Below the pieces are notes generated by a model, which was given only the letters and a program-made list of their open reading frames with translations, was not told the DNA's origin and did no database searches. Source: Nageia nagi (Eukaryota; Plantae; Pinophyta). From it: a stretch of 64,000 nucleotides of DNA. A program made the position numbers and the translations under genes. Positions 51,116 through 64,000 of the stretch are shown here, in pieces (the first letter of the stretch is position 1; each line of letters starts with the position of its first letter). The stretch covers positions 15,686,001 through 15,750,000 of the forward strand of contig JBITNC010000001.1 of assembly GCA_050084985.1 (NCBI GenBank), read 5' to 3'.

Positions 51116-52847
51116 TTTGGTATTTTGTTGGGAGTTAAAAATAGCTTGGTGGAATGTTATTTGGTGGGTTCATATTTGATTGTTAGAATATTATGGTTAT
51201 TAGGTGTTTGTTAGATATATTTAACAATGAGAATATTGTTAAATATAGAGATAAAAATAAATCCTTGAAAATAGTTAATAAATTTTAACAAAATATTTAG
51301 GAGAGAATATTGTTGGAGGAGAATATGGAGGAAATGAGAATATAATTTAAAGAGAGAATATATTTAAATTTGGTATTTTTTGTTTGTAATCACATATACT
51401 TCAAATTTGTAACTCTTAATGTTATAAAATGGGGGATGGAGATTGGAATAGGTTAAGTCCCTTTTAGTGGGATTTCTCTAAAATGGGAGAATGTGTGTGT
51501 GTGTGAAAAACTCCAAATGTGTGTGGGAGTTACACTATGTTTTGTGAAGACCTCAAGAAGAGGAAAAATATGTTTGAGAAAACAAAGAGATTCAGTAGCA
51601 GCCTCTAGTGATCATGTGAGTCGGTTTTGACAAACAAAAGAATGAAGTGAAAGAGATCATACAAGTGACATTGTAAAAAACTACCTACGATAATGGATCG
51701 TCATTTGCTGGAGGTAGACCACATCGATCAAAGCAAAGTAAATATGTCTGTACATCATTTTGTGTGATTTTTTGGTGTGCATTTTTATTTTTGTAAGCAC
51801 TAAAATAAATAAAATATGAGTTTCGAAGTAAACTCTTGAAGTAGGGTTTACGGATAAGAATGGATAGTTATATATGTGTAGTTCCTATTAGACATATTAA
51901 CACTAGTGATGAGCTATGGGTGAAATACATTTAAAAAATACCTAACCTAAGGTGTAAGAGATGTTTGAAGTTAAGAGGAGAAAATTGAGGTTGTAGTGAT
52001 AATTGATGAATAGTGTTGTACTAGGCAATTATGAATATTTATGTTACTTCATGTTAAAGACATTGATAATTACTTGTTACTTTTATATTGTGATCCATGT
52101 GTTACATCTTGTTTACTCTTTAATGAAAAATATTATGTTTCAATTCATGGATCAAATTGGTACTAATATTATTTATATTACTAATGTTATTGATAGACAC
52201 ATCAAAATGGAACAAGTACACATAACTCAAGAATAATGACTTATGTACCATCTTTGCATAAAACAATATAGGTAGGATAAGGTAACAATGACTACATAAT
52301 GTATTAACTAATGAGGAATATGCACATTTCCTGAAAAACCCAAATCCAACAACTCTTGTTCATTTGGTCATGGATTCAGATGATGATAATGATGAAAGAG
52401 TGAATAATGTTCATTAGGAACACCAAAGTGCAATGAATGATTTACTTGAATCAATCTATGATGATGTAGATATGAATGATACTCCTCATATAGATGATGA
52501 TGTAAGAGATGCTGATTTTTAAAATGATAGTACGTATAGTTCTTCCAAAACCCTTTTATATGAAGGGGCATCTTTAACCAAGTTGGGTGTGACCCTACTC
52601 TTGAATGTAAAAGCCTAATATTCATGGTCATACATAAGTCTCAATGATCTTCTCAACTATGAAATTTTTTTAATCTTACAATATTTGGATTTCTATTAAT
52701 TTATATATTAATTTTTATTTCATTATATAATATTTGATATAATAACTTTATTACTTTGTGCAGTATTAAATTTTGGTTACTAAAAGATAAGGTGCTTCCA
52801 AGAGAATGTCATCCCTCCTTCATGTAGAATGGCACAATTAATATTAA

Positions 52848-54358
52848 GGGAAAATTACTGCAGTAGCCTTCACAATATAACTCACTTGACAAGTAAATAT
52901 TTTCTAGCTAAGGTTTGCATCTTTCCATCGTTATTATTTTGGATTAGCTGAACAAAACTTAATATTTTCCAAAAAAAAAAAAGATTTGCAAAATAAGAAT
53001 CCCGTGAGTGTTGGTGAAATAAAGTTGATGCTCTCACAACCAGGCAAAAAGCCATTGAGGGATACCAAATGGATAATCAGTGGAACTAATCGAGATCGCT
53101 ATGGACATTGTCATTCGCCACTATTGTTGTTATATTTCATTTTTAGAGAACAAAGGAAATACCATATGTTGAAGATTGTCATTTTTGCTATGGATACTGT
53201 CATTTGCCAATATCGTTGTTATCAGAATGAGTTTTTTTAGCTGATCTCTATTGGTATATGTTGAAGTATTTTCTAATTGGATTATTCTATTACTTTCTAG
53301 AATTTACATGTTTCTCAAGGTAGTCCTTGCCTCAAATTTCCAAGTCACTACCATAGCCATGACCATGGACAAGGAACACCATAAGTTTTTTATAATTTAC
53401 ATTGAATTTCTTTAAAGAGCACTTTCTTCAAAGGATGATTTCATCCAATTACACTTTTTTGCTTCCTAAATTTGATTTAAGCATAAAAAAATGTTACAGA
53501 AGTTCAAAAAATCCAATCCCACAAATGCTGGCATGCCTTTGGTGGTATCCATTGTATGTCCTAATCATGACCTACTTTTATTTATATTTTTTCCAATTAT
53601 TAAGTGTATTTCTCAAATCAATAACCTTGGCTTTCAAACCCCTTTTGCAACAGTTGGCATGCATGGTGTAAACAAAGTTTAGATCTTCACTTCTTTGATA
53701 GAATCCACTGAAACCACATAATATTAGCATATTGCATAACAAATTTTACAGTTAAGTTCTACATCTAGAGAAGATGATGTAACTAATTGTTGTTGGATTA
53801 ATAGAGTATCGGTATATATAATATTGTTGAGATATGGTAAGCTAATACACTAAAATTTGAAAACCATTATACTTACAGAGAAAACAAAGCTATGACCTTG
53901 CTCCAAAACTTCCCCAAAGAAGCGAAGTCTTCTTCACATCATCTTCAAGTAATCTTGAGTCATATAAACCTTGTCGCCTGAGAAATCCAATCCTCTTGTT
54001 CTCATTCTATAGCAACGAGGATGAATATCTCTACATCTGTTAAGCGCTTTCTCATCTACATCAACTATTAAGAGGTTTCTCAATAATGGCTCTATTCCAC
54101 TGAATATTTGTTTGGTATCCCTTGATGGCTTTCTGCTTGAGAGCATAAACTTTATTTCACCAAAACTCATGGGATTCTTATTTTTTGTGAAAATTATTGA
54201 GTTTTGTGCAGTTAATTCAAACTAAGAGCGGCGGGAAGATGAAAACTTTAGTTGGAAAATATTTATCGATCAAGTGAGGGTTATTTTTGTAAATTAAGAT
54301 TTAATAGGATAATTTTTGTGATTAGCGATATTGTGAAGGCTACTGGAGTAATTTTCCC
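52848..54358. mobile_element. Non-autonomous Mutator-like element (1511 bp) inserted in the CACTA transposase
   Basis: ~240-bp TIRs starting GGGAAAATTACT.CAGTAGCCTTCACAATAT; 9-bp TSD TAATATTAA/TAATTTTAA; removal restores MAQLILKDVGIECHLYHAC. Confidence 0.88.
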
Positions 54359-54758
54359 TAATTTTAAAGGATGTGGGGATAGAGTGTCATTTGTACCATG
54401 CTTGTATTAATGATTGCATTTTGTATAGAGGGCCATGTGAAAAATTGACTAAATGTTCAAAGTTTTGTGCAAATGGATACCATTCAATAATGATAGGGAA
54501 TAATATTCCTCAAAACAATGTTTGTCATTATCCAATCGTTCTTAGGTTGTTACAAATATTTCGTTGTAAGTCAATTGCACAATATATGGATTGACATGTA
54601 AAAAATAGAAGTAAAGAAGGTGTATTACAAATTCTTTCATATTCTAAGAAGAAAGAAAACTATTGATGTTAAATTGATAGGATTAAAGTCTCATGATTGA
54701 CATAACTTCTTGAAGGTACTTATTCTCATATTATATGCATATACTAGAAATCTTTATA

Positions 54759-54891
54759 ATTGTATTAATATATATTTTATTCAAAAGATAGTGATTAATA
54801 TCAATTATGTAAAACTTTTGATGATATTGTATTAATATATGTTTTATTCAAAAGATAGTGATTAATATCAATTACGTAAAACTTTTGATGA
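54759..54891. repeat. ~67-bp tandem duplication
   Basis: ATTGTATTAATATAT.TTTTATTCAAAAGATAGTGATTAATATCAATTAYGTAAAACTTTTGATGA x2. Confidence 0.85.
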
Positions 54892-54980
54892 ATTTATTTA
54901 GAGCATATTTTTCAACTTGCTATTCATAGATATGTGAGTTTACCTTCTGATCTAAAAGATGCAATTGGTCGACTATCATT

Positions 54981-55956
54981 GGGTAAGTGCAAGAAGATGA
55001 GTCCCATTTTTAAAAAAATGTGGAAGTGTTTTCTTTGATTTTTAGGTTTGATCACACTTGATTTCAAAATTTGAAGCACTTAGAGTTTGAGTCTTGAAAA
55101 ATGTCACTTGGGTAAAAATGTAGTTCTCAAAGTCTAGTTTTCAAATATGTAATTTATTATAATACATAGATGATAGAAATTAATATTTGATAGATATGTT
55201 TAAAAGCCATTATTTAAAAAAATTCAGTTTCAAGTTCATAGCCCATCGTGTCCAACAAGAATAATTGGACCTAAATCGAAATATTTTTTTTTTAAATCCT
55301 TTTGGGTAAAGATACCTAAGATACTAAAGATTGTGCATGATATTTTCTTGTAATTTGTTCATGAATATTTTTTTATTGACCTTTATTATCGTTTCGAAAA
55401 GTGCTCATATCCGATAAACATAATTTGACCTAAACTTATCATTTTTTATTTATTTTTTTTAAATTATGAAGAATTGTATATTATATATATATATATATAT
55501 TATTTTTACAATTCTAAAAAAATGTTATTAAATAAATATGAAACCCATTGTTTAAAAAATATAGTTTCATGAGCATACTCCATCATGTTCAGCAAGCATA
55601 ATTGGACCTAAATTAAAATATTTTTAAAAATACTTTTAGGTAAAGATACATAAGACACTAAAGATTGTGCAAAATATTTTTTTGTAATTTTTTCATAAAT
55701 AGTTTTTTTATAATTAATTTTTTATTGGCCTTGATTTTCATTTTGAAAAATGCTTATGTTTGGCAAGTATAATTTGACCTAAACTTATCTTTTAATTTTT
55801 TTTTTTTTTTAACCTTTGAAGAATTTTGTATGCAAATTGTGCATACATATTTTTTTTACAATTTCAAAAAAATTAAATGAACTATTAAATAAATACAAAA
55901 ACCTAATAGTTCCTAAGACTTCCTCTAAAGTGGGATTTATCGTGTTGCACTTACCC
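54981..55956. mobile_element. MITE, probably Mutator-like (976 bp), with internal ~340-bp duplication
   Basis: ~30-bp TIR GGGTAAGTGCAA..GAT.A.TCCCA.TTT; degenerate flanking repeat GACTATCATT/TACTATTTTT; ATAATTGGACCTAAAT block at 55261 and 55598. Confidence 0.75.
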
Positions 55957-57405
55957 TACTATTTTTAAGATATGATATCATGTTACAGTAGTACTATGCT
56001 ATGGAAACAAATAGAATATGTTTATTGTCATGTTTAAATTTTTTATACAATAAATAGATGGTTAACTTTAAACAAGATACACATGGATGAAATAGATAGG
56101 AGGGACAAAGAAATTGTTGATATTATCTATAAATTTTTAAAAGAAATTCCTGTTGCTTTTATGGACATACAAGTGCACTTGTTGATTCATCTAGTAGATG
56201 ATATTGAAATAGTAGGTGTTATAAGTGGTAGAAACATATTTTTTATGAAGAGATTTTCGAAATTATTAAAAGTATTTGTTAGAAAAAAATCACAACCAAA
56301 AGGATCTATGGGTGAAGGTTACATTGTACAAAAGTTTTTTTTATTCAAGTGATTATGTTTCCCAAATTGATGATTCTACCCCAAAGATGTGGAATCCAAA
56401 CTAGATAAATTAGAAGTGGAGATTTTAGAAACAAATGAGAGATAATATTCTCTTAAAGGTGTAAATTTTTTATTGAATATTAGTCATTTATAATAAAATG
56501 TACATGCATTTTGAATTAAATTTAATCAATAGTTACTAATGAATATATATTATATTGTCATGAATTTATACTAAATTATGACATTCTAATCTATAAACCA
56601 ATTTATCATGATGAATATGTAATGTTGTAAAATATGGATTGAAATTGTACAAGAGTAAAAAAAGTGCAATTCCAAGAGAACGTGCAATGTTTCATAGTCA
56701 CAATCCAAGGGATCCTATACCTCCACATCTAAGAGACAAAAGTTGGCCAAATGAGTGTACAAGGTAATAGTTAGATGCAATAAAAAATTAATCATAATTT
56801 TATTTAGAGGCATTTAATTTTAAATATTTTTGTAAGACATTCATAGCTAATATAAATATTTTTGTAAATATGTTTAGGCATTATCTTTCCCTACAATATG
56901 GGCATACAATAAACACTTCAGAATTGAAAAGAATGATGAGAAAATAAAGATATTTGATTGTGGGGTGATGGTTTATTTTGATCAAGCAAGTTGTGCAAGT
57001 AGAAGAGATACAAACTTAATAGAAGGAACAATATTACAATATATTATAAAAATTCAAGAAATCATTCAATTGAATTATAAGTCATTCAAATGTGTAGTTT
57101 AAATGCAAATGATTCAAATGATTTAATAGAAGAACAACCTTGCATGATACACCTACTGGTTATCGTTCAATCGAATCCACAAAATATTTAGCTAAAGATA
57201 AAGAGCCTTATATTTTACTGCGATATTGACATCAAATATATTTTTGTAAAGATATATTGGATGAGAAGATATTGTATGTAATTGATTTTGATCCTAGAGG
57301 AAAATATATTTTATGTCCTATTGATGAAGACAATAATGAAATTTAAATAATTAATAAAGTGAAGTGAAAGTGTTCTAATATTATGATTTATATTTTTATA
57401 TGGCA

Positions 57406-58036
57406 TATTGTATTTGATTACATTTGCATTAAGACTATTTATTTTTAATTGCATACGTAACAAGCTAACAATGTATGATAATGTATACATAAAAAATTAT
57501 CACTTGAGTTTCATCTTAATAGTACGAGTTGCTAATTAACCAAATTAAATCATACACATATGGAATGGAAAATCTCAACTAACATTTCATTCATACTCTA
57601 AGTATCATAACAATATAAATGATACTTTAAATTGCTCCTATTCATCAAATTACAATTATCCTTTCATCCATATATAATTATTTCCAATGTATGTTCATTG
57701 CAACCAGAAATCAACACTTATAGATGATAAATTTTCTTCATTGAAATCAACACTTATAGACAATATTATGTATTTGATTACATTTGCATTAGGGTCACTT
57801 ATTTTTAATTGTATATGCAACATGCTAATAATGTATGTATAAAAAATTATTGCTTGATTTTCACCATACTAGTACAAGCTAATAATTGATCAGATAAATC
57901 ATCCACATCATGAGATGGAAACTCTCGACTAAACTCAAAATTTGAATTTCATATGTACTCTAACTATCATAACAATATAATGGTACTTTATATTGCTCTT
58001 ATTCATCAAATCATAGTTATCCTTTCATCCATATAT
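57406..58036. repeat. ~270-bp direct repeat with ~360-bp period
   Basis: TGTATTTGATTACATTTGCATTA...CCTTTCATCCATATAT at ~57406-57675 and ~57767-58036. Confidence 0.8.
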
Positions 58037-59436
58037 TGTAGTCCTAAAATAATGTAATTAATTATTTATGGGGGTTAATTAATGCACTATTGATCTACTT
58101 GTTTCTTACTGATGCATATATCTAAAATATGGTAATAACACATAACAAAAAGATACTTGTACTTAATTATATCACATGTTCATTCCATTAAGATAAACAT
58201 ACACAAAAGATAAGCATACATTCATTCAATTGCATATCATTGACATCCTATACTTAGCATGCTGCTAACGGATTAGCATAAGCAATATAATAGATGCAAT
58301 AAAGAATATAACGATGAGTGAACGAAAGAATCATCAAATAGCAAATATAAGATATAACTCATGAATAATATTTGTGCATAATAGAGTGATGTAACATGTG
58401 TTAGAGTCTCTTAGATTCCTCCTCATATTCATTTTCCTGTGACCTTTCTTTTAGAGATGATCCCCTTAGATTTTGTGGATGTGTTTTAGGTCATCTTTGA
58501 TGCCTATATATATGATACAATTTTACATGACTTTGACCTTTTTGATCGCTTATACATGCCACAAGGGTCCACTAGACATATTTCATAGCTTTGACATGAA
58601 TCATGGTATTATTTAAACCTTTTTACATAATACATCATTGAAGCTCTAAAATGAACTATTTAATAAATAATAATTCATTTTTAGGTGTCTTCATTTTCCC
58701 CTCTTTGGAGGTGTGATTGAAGCAATGAAATTACATGTCCAAAGAAGTGTAGAAGAAAGTTTTTTGAAAACTTTGAACTCTTTTCTATACTATCCCTTGT
58801 TGTTGTTGATGATGAGGAGGAGGTCCTAGGGTCCTAAGGATCTGTGACTTAGAAGCCACCCCTTTTTTCTATTGATAAGTCATTTGAGGTTGTGGGTATT
58901 GCACAAGGAAAAGAAAAATAATCTAAACCCTATCTCCCCCCATTTTTTTTATTATTAATCTGATTAGACTTTCAAGCAATGTTTTAGACATTGCAAAGTA
59001 GGTCCTTACTATCCCCTTTTATCTTGGATGCCCCAGGAAAGATCCTTGAATGGCATAAATAAGGCAAAATTTGATGAAGAATCTCTTTCTATGAATGGTG
59101 TTATGTAGATGATAGAAATGCTTGTGTTATCAGGTAGCTATATGATCCCATATCCAATTTTAGAGATGGAAAATGTGTATTTGCCCCTTGCACTGCTTCA
59201 ACTATGAATCTAGCCATTTCATCATTTCTAATACTTAGGAACCATTCACAGTTACGTTTATGACTTAAAGCAAAGAGGATCTACTTTGATTGAGATGGAA
59301 TGATAATGATGTGGATGCTGTTGATGATTTAGGAACAATATACATGCTGCTAGCAGCATGGAAATATATATATTTTCTTATGCTCTTTAGGATGTAGAAA
59401 ATTGTAATGAAATGTCAATCATAAAATATGGTGGAT

Positions 59437-59962
59437 GCATCATCCATTGAGAATGAATCCATGTCAACAATTTACTTATATTTGCATCATTTATTTATTT
59501 TTTAAGTGAGTGAACTCTCACTAGTCATGTCATTGGCCATCAATGATCATAAATTTTTATAGCTATGATTTGAAGATAGTATGCTTGGATTGGTTCAAAG
59601 CAAAAACTATATGGATACATAGCAAGTTGCATCTTCCATTGATGATGAATCAATGTCAACAACTTGCTCTTATTTGTATCATCAATTTTCTTTTAAGTGA
59701 GTGAACTTTCACTAACCATGTCGTTGGCCATTAATGATCATACATTTTTATGTCTATGATTCGAAGATAGTGTGTGCTTTGGATTGGTTCAAAGCAAAAA
59801 TCATATGGATACATAGTAAGTTGCATCATCCATTAATGATAAATAAATGTCAATAACTTACTCATGATTGTATTGTCGATTTTCTTTTAAGTGAGTGAAC
59901 TCTCACTAGTCATGTTGTTGGCCATCGATGATCATGCGGTTTATGTCTATGATTTGAAGATA
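59437..59962. repeat. ~193-bp tandem repeat (2.7 copies) in the 3' non-coding region of the Tat element
   Basis: GCATCWTCCATT at 59437, 59629 and 59823; TTTTAAGTGAGTGAACT in each unit. Confidence 0.88.
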
Positions 59963-60544
59963 TTTGAACTGTTATTTCTCTCTTTTTCTCTCTTTTTTTT
60001 GTTTTTCATGTCGCTAGTGCCATGGGAACAATATTTTATGCTGTTGACATCATTGGAATCCCTAAATTTTGCTAAAATAAAATTATTTTACCTTTCGATA
60101 GGCAAAGTATGCTGATTCATCATACTTATAGCTGAATATGAGATTGCCCCTAATTGAAGATAAAAAAAGGGGTTAAGGGAAGCCATCTTATCACATGCAT
60201 GAAACACGTGGCAACCCAAATCCACCACATCATCATTTGGGTGATAGTCATGAATTGACAACATATGAAAGAGAGCAGTGCTATTCTGATCTGTAAGAAA
60301 TGTAGCACAAAATGTAGAGTGAAGTTTAGAAGGGGAGAAAATACTTCTCATGTTCCTTTGTTCTACATTTTTTTTGCCATGCCACTATCATCCTACTTGC
60401 AATGCACATTGCTATTCCTGTGGGATTTTTTGTATTTTTTTTTAAAATAAAATAAAATTTTACATGCCTCTGTTTATGAATTTGATATTTTATAAGGCAT
60501 GACACTGTATTTTTTAAGCATAGAATCATTTAAGATGGATAGCA

Positions 60545-63500
60545 TTGAATGTCGTTGGTTCTTTTTTGCCATCCATGGATTATAGTCTATATGCACTTGA
60601 TCCTGTTGCATCAATTACAACATATGGGCCTAACCAATTGGCTTAAACTTACCTTTTTCTTCATCATTTGCTGCTATTTTATTGTTATTTTCTTTCAACA
60701 CTAAATCCTTTATTTTGAATTCTTTTTCTTTGATCTTCTTACCAAATGCTCTCTTGAGTTTTGCATGATATACCTTTTGATGTTCAATTGTTCTGATTCT
60801 TTTTTCATCTAATGATTTCAATTATTGTAACCTTGCTTTTCATGCATCTTCATTGGAGATGTCACCCTGTAAGAAAATTTTAAGACATAAAATCTCCAAT
60901 TCAAGTGGGACAATAGCCTCATCTCCATATACTAATGAAAATGGTGTTTCCCTAGTGGTGGTATGGATACAGGTTCTATATGCCCATAATGCATATGGTA
61001 ATTGCTCATGCCAATGTTTCTTTTGTATCACATGTTTTGGAAACTATGCTCTTTATTGTCTTACTTGTGGATTCAGCTGGACCATTACCTTGAGGGTAAT
61101 ATATAGAACAAAAGGTTTGTACAATATGAAACTTTTTACAAAAAGCCTTCATGTTTTTTACCTTTGAAATTAGGACCATTGTCCATTATCAACCTTTGTG
61201 GTACACCAAACCTTGTGATGATGTTTTCAATGAGAAATGAAATGACTTTAGATTGAGTGAATAATTTCATTGGGATTGCTTCCACCCACTTGGTAGTGAA
61301 TTCTTTAGCTATAATGACAAATTTGTGTCCCTCCCTAGAATGAGGATTAATCATACCAATCAAATTTATGCCCAAAGTAGCGAATGACTATGGAGAAATA
61401 ATAGAATTAACTCTTAGGTAGGTTGTTTCTCTAAATTTTCATGTTTTTGACATTTCAAACAAGTTTTAACATGAGCCTTACAATCCTCTTCCATATTAGG
61501 CTAGTAATGTCCAATTCTCAAAATTTTGGTGTATAGTGCTTTTGCATGAAAATGACCACCACATAGACCATCATGAGCTTGTTCTAAGGCATTAGCTATC
61601 CCATCATGTGTTAAGAATATCAATAATGCACCATCAAATGATCTCCTATACAAGACTTCTCCAATGATCACATATTTTACTATAGTTCTTTTCAATCTCA
61701 CTTTTTCATTTTTATCAAAATTGTCAAGAAGTATTTGATTTTTCAAATAATTGTAAATATCACAGTACCAATTTTGAAAATCATTCTCTTCTACAATAAG
61801 ATAAGCCTGAATCTCATCCATATGATCTATGTAAGAAGGAGAACTTAACTTATGAATTGTGAGGATAGTCTCTTCATCTTCAATTTCAGTTGGTACCAGT
61901 GTAGTTGCACTTGCCATTGCATCAACATATCTATTATTAGCTCTTGGAATATTTTGAATAGTATATCTATCAATCTAATCTAATAAATTAGTCATTGCAA
62001 GTATGTAAGGGTTTAGCTTTTCATCCTTATTTTCAAATAAATCTTGTATTTGATTGATGACATGTTGGAAATCCCCATATATCTCTATATTCTTGATTTT
62101 CAATCCTAATATCAATGCTTCATATTCAACCATATTGTTTGTACAATCAAAAGAAAGCTTGTGTGCCATAGGGATTACTTAATTTGTAGAGGATACTAAA
62201 AAAATACCTACTCTTGCTCTGTGAACATTTTCACCCATCAAAATATAGAGTCTAAGAAGTAGGTTAATCTTTCATGAGGCATATGTAGTCATCGAGGATC
62301 GAGATCTCATCAAAGTCATACCGTTGGCATACCTCAATCCTGTTTGCACATCATTGGCATCATGGATCACTTTGAAATTCATATAAAAATTCTTCATAGA
62401 TAATTTGCTCTCCATCTTGAGGAAAATTTGTTATCAAATCTACGATTGTTAGGCATTTAATAGATTTTTGTTTTACCATATTTATATCGAATTCTTGTAA
62501 CAACATCAGCCACTTTGCAAGTCTACCTAATAAATGTTCCTTAGCCATAAGATATTTCAATTGGTTAATAGGAATAATAATAAATGTAGTACAATGTAAT
62601 AAATAATGCCTCAATTTTTCAGTAGTAAAGGCAATAGCATAGCAAAGTTTTTTCATAGGAGTGTATCTAGTCTCATAATCAATCAAAGTTTAGCTAAGAT
62701 AATAGATGGCTCTTTTCTTATTTTCTATATCTTTTTTACAAAGCATTGTTCCTAGTGCATATAATGTGTCTGAAATGTATAAGTAAGTAGGTTTTGAAAA
62801 ATGCATGGGGACTAGGATGGAAGGATGAAGTAAATATCGTTTAATATCCTCAAATGCTTTTTGACAATTATCATCTCATACAAATTTGACATCTTTTTGG
62901 AGCAAATGAGTGAATGGCCTACATTTATCTCCAAGTTGAGAAATAAACCTTCTAATTGAATTTATTTTACCTTGGAGGCTCCTTAATTATTTCAAATTTT
63001 TGATTGGAGACATACTAAGGCTTTGACTTTCTCAGGATCTACTTCTATTCCTCTATTAGAAACCATGAATCCTAATAATTTACTAGAAGTAACTCCAAAT
63101 GCATACTTTTGAGGTTTAAGTTGTAGTTTGTACCTTCACAAAATGATGTATACCTATTCAAGCATTTGTAGATGATCTTATCCTTGCTTGGATTTGACTA
63201 GAATATTATCAAAGTATACCTCTACAATTTTGTGAATGTGTTCATGAAACATGGTGACCATTTCTCTTTGGTATGTAGCACCTATATTTTTAAGTCCAAA
63301 AGGCATAACCATCCATCAAAAATTACCTCAAGGGGTAGTAAAAGCTATTTTATGTTGATTAGTAGGGTTAATCAAAATTTGGTTATAACCAAAAAATCCA
63401 TCCATAAATGATAATGTATCATGACTAGCTAGCTATAATATCAACAATCATATCAATATTTGGTAATAAAAAATCATCTTTTAGACAAGTATTATTAATA

Positions 63501-63800
63501 TCATGAAAATATGTACATACCCATATTTCACCTGTTGTTTTGGAGACATGAACAATATTAGCCATCCAATCAGACTAGTTGATAGGCCTTACGAAACCAA
63601 CATTCAATTATTTCTGTATCTCTTTTTTAACTAATAAGGCCTTGGAAGGATTCATCTTTCTAGGTTTTTGTTTTATTGGCTTGACACCCTCTTTCAATAG
63701 TATATTGTGCATAATAAATGAGGGATATAATCCTAGAATATCATCATAAGACTAAGAAAAATTCTTAGAATGCTAAATAAACTTGTTTTTGTACCTTTCT
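60545..63800 (-). pseudogene. Tat pol: RT, RNase H, additional archaeal-type RNase H, integrase
   Basis: MPFGLKN; ETRY..KLCYA..KLRHYL..GRLAKW; DCTNNMVEYEALILGL..IYGD; AHDGLCGGH; TKWVEAIP..RFGVPQRLIMDNGPNF; LWAYRT..TPFSLVYG; GPY motif. Confidence 0.9.
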
Positions 63801-64000
63801 TTTTATGGAAGAGGTAGAGTTGCTCCAATTTGTAACAATCTCTCATCATTCGAAGTGCCAATATTGATGTGTATCAACTCCTCTTGTGGAAATGTATGAT
63901 CTTTTTTATGCAATAAGGATGATAAGTCTTCTATGTTTGGTATTTCATCTTCAGTTGTGTCTAATGGCTGAACCTATAATACTTCATAAAAATTGATCTG

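Larger units (their letters stand above)
52370..57345 (+). pseudogene. CACTA/En-Spm TnpD-like transposase remnant, internally deleted
   Basis: HACINDCILYR..C..; GLKSHD; FMDIQVHLLIHLV..FFMKRF..LK.FVR..QPKGSMGEGY (DUF4218-like); IQEII.LNY and KEPYIL (DUF4216-like); AT-rich intron-like spacers. Confidence 0.85.
58037..64000 (-). mobile_element. Decayed Ty3/gypsy Tat-lineage retrotransposon (3' part; continues beyond window)
   Basis: Putative 3' LTR 58037-58693 (TG...CA) with PPT AAAGAGGGGAAAA at 58694-58706; ~1.8-kb 3' non-coding region; pol order RT-RH-aRH-INT. Confidence 0.88.

Noticed and set aside
51530-51910. CACTA pentamers as possible CACTA element termini
   Set aside because: No partner TIR, subterminal repeats or 3-bp TSD found.
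52986-54170. Two similar short ORFs on opposite strands (GEIK.MLS..RDTK)
   Set aside because: Translation of the MULE terminal inverted repeats.

Overview
Plant nuclear DNA, AT-rich and CpG-depleted. Giant TE-filled introns suggest a gymnosperm-type genome (inference). The only host gene is the 3' part of a plastid PHT4-family anion/ascorbate transporter (PHT4;4/ANTR2-like, + strand). It has five coding exons (28635-28772, 31127-31228, 31358-31423, 47364-47448, 47612-47709), a 15.9-kb intron and probably a >28-kb intron. The rest is nested mobile DNA: (1) a very young intact Ty1/copia (7835-13239; apparently identical 699-bp LTRs, single ORF, TSD GTTAT); (2) a decayed chromovirus Ty3/gypsy (38027-44653) and several solo LTRs of its family; (3) other solo LTRs, a LINE ORF1 remnant, a hAT MITE, a CACTA transposase pseudogene carrying two Mutator-like insertions, and a Tat-lineage gypsy running off the right end. 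The most unusual object is a unit of ~7 kb after removing nested insertions (7024-26013; TGTTGAC...GTCAACA termini, TSD GGTTG), with a diverged second copy at 1-6319. It looks like a giant solo LTR that itself encodes a ~1150-codon non-gag/pol protein. That ORF sits behind an array of hairpin/TATA modules and is followed by a conserved stem-loop whose stem sequence differs between copies but still pairs. Also noted: a TRIM-like remnant with a tRNA-like repeat, a 183-bp double-hairpin tandem array, and a CpG-rich island downstream of the gene.
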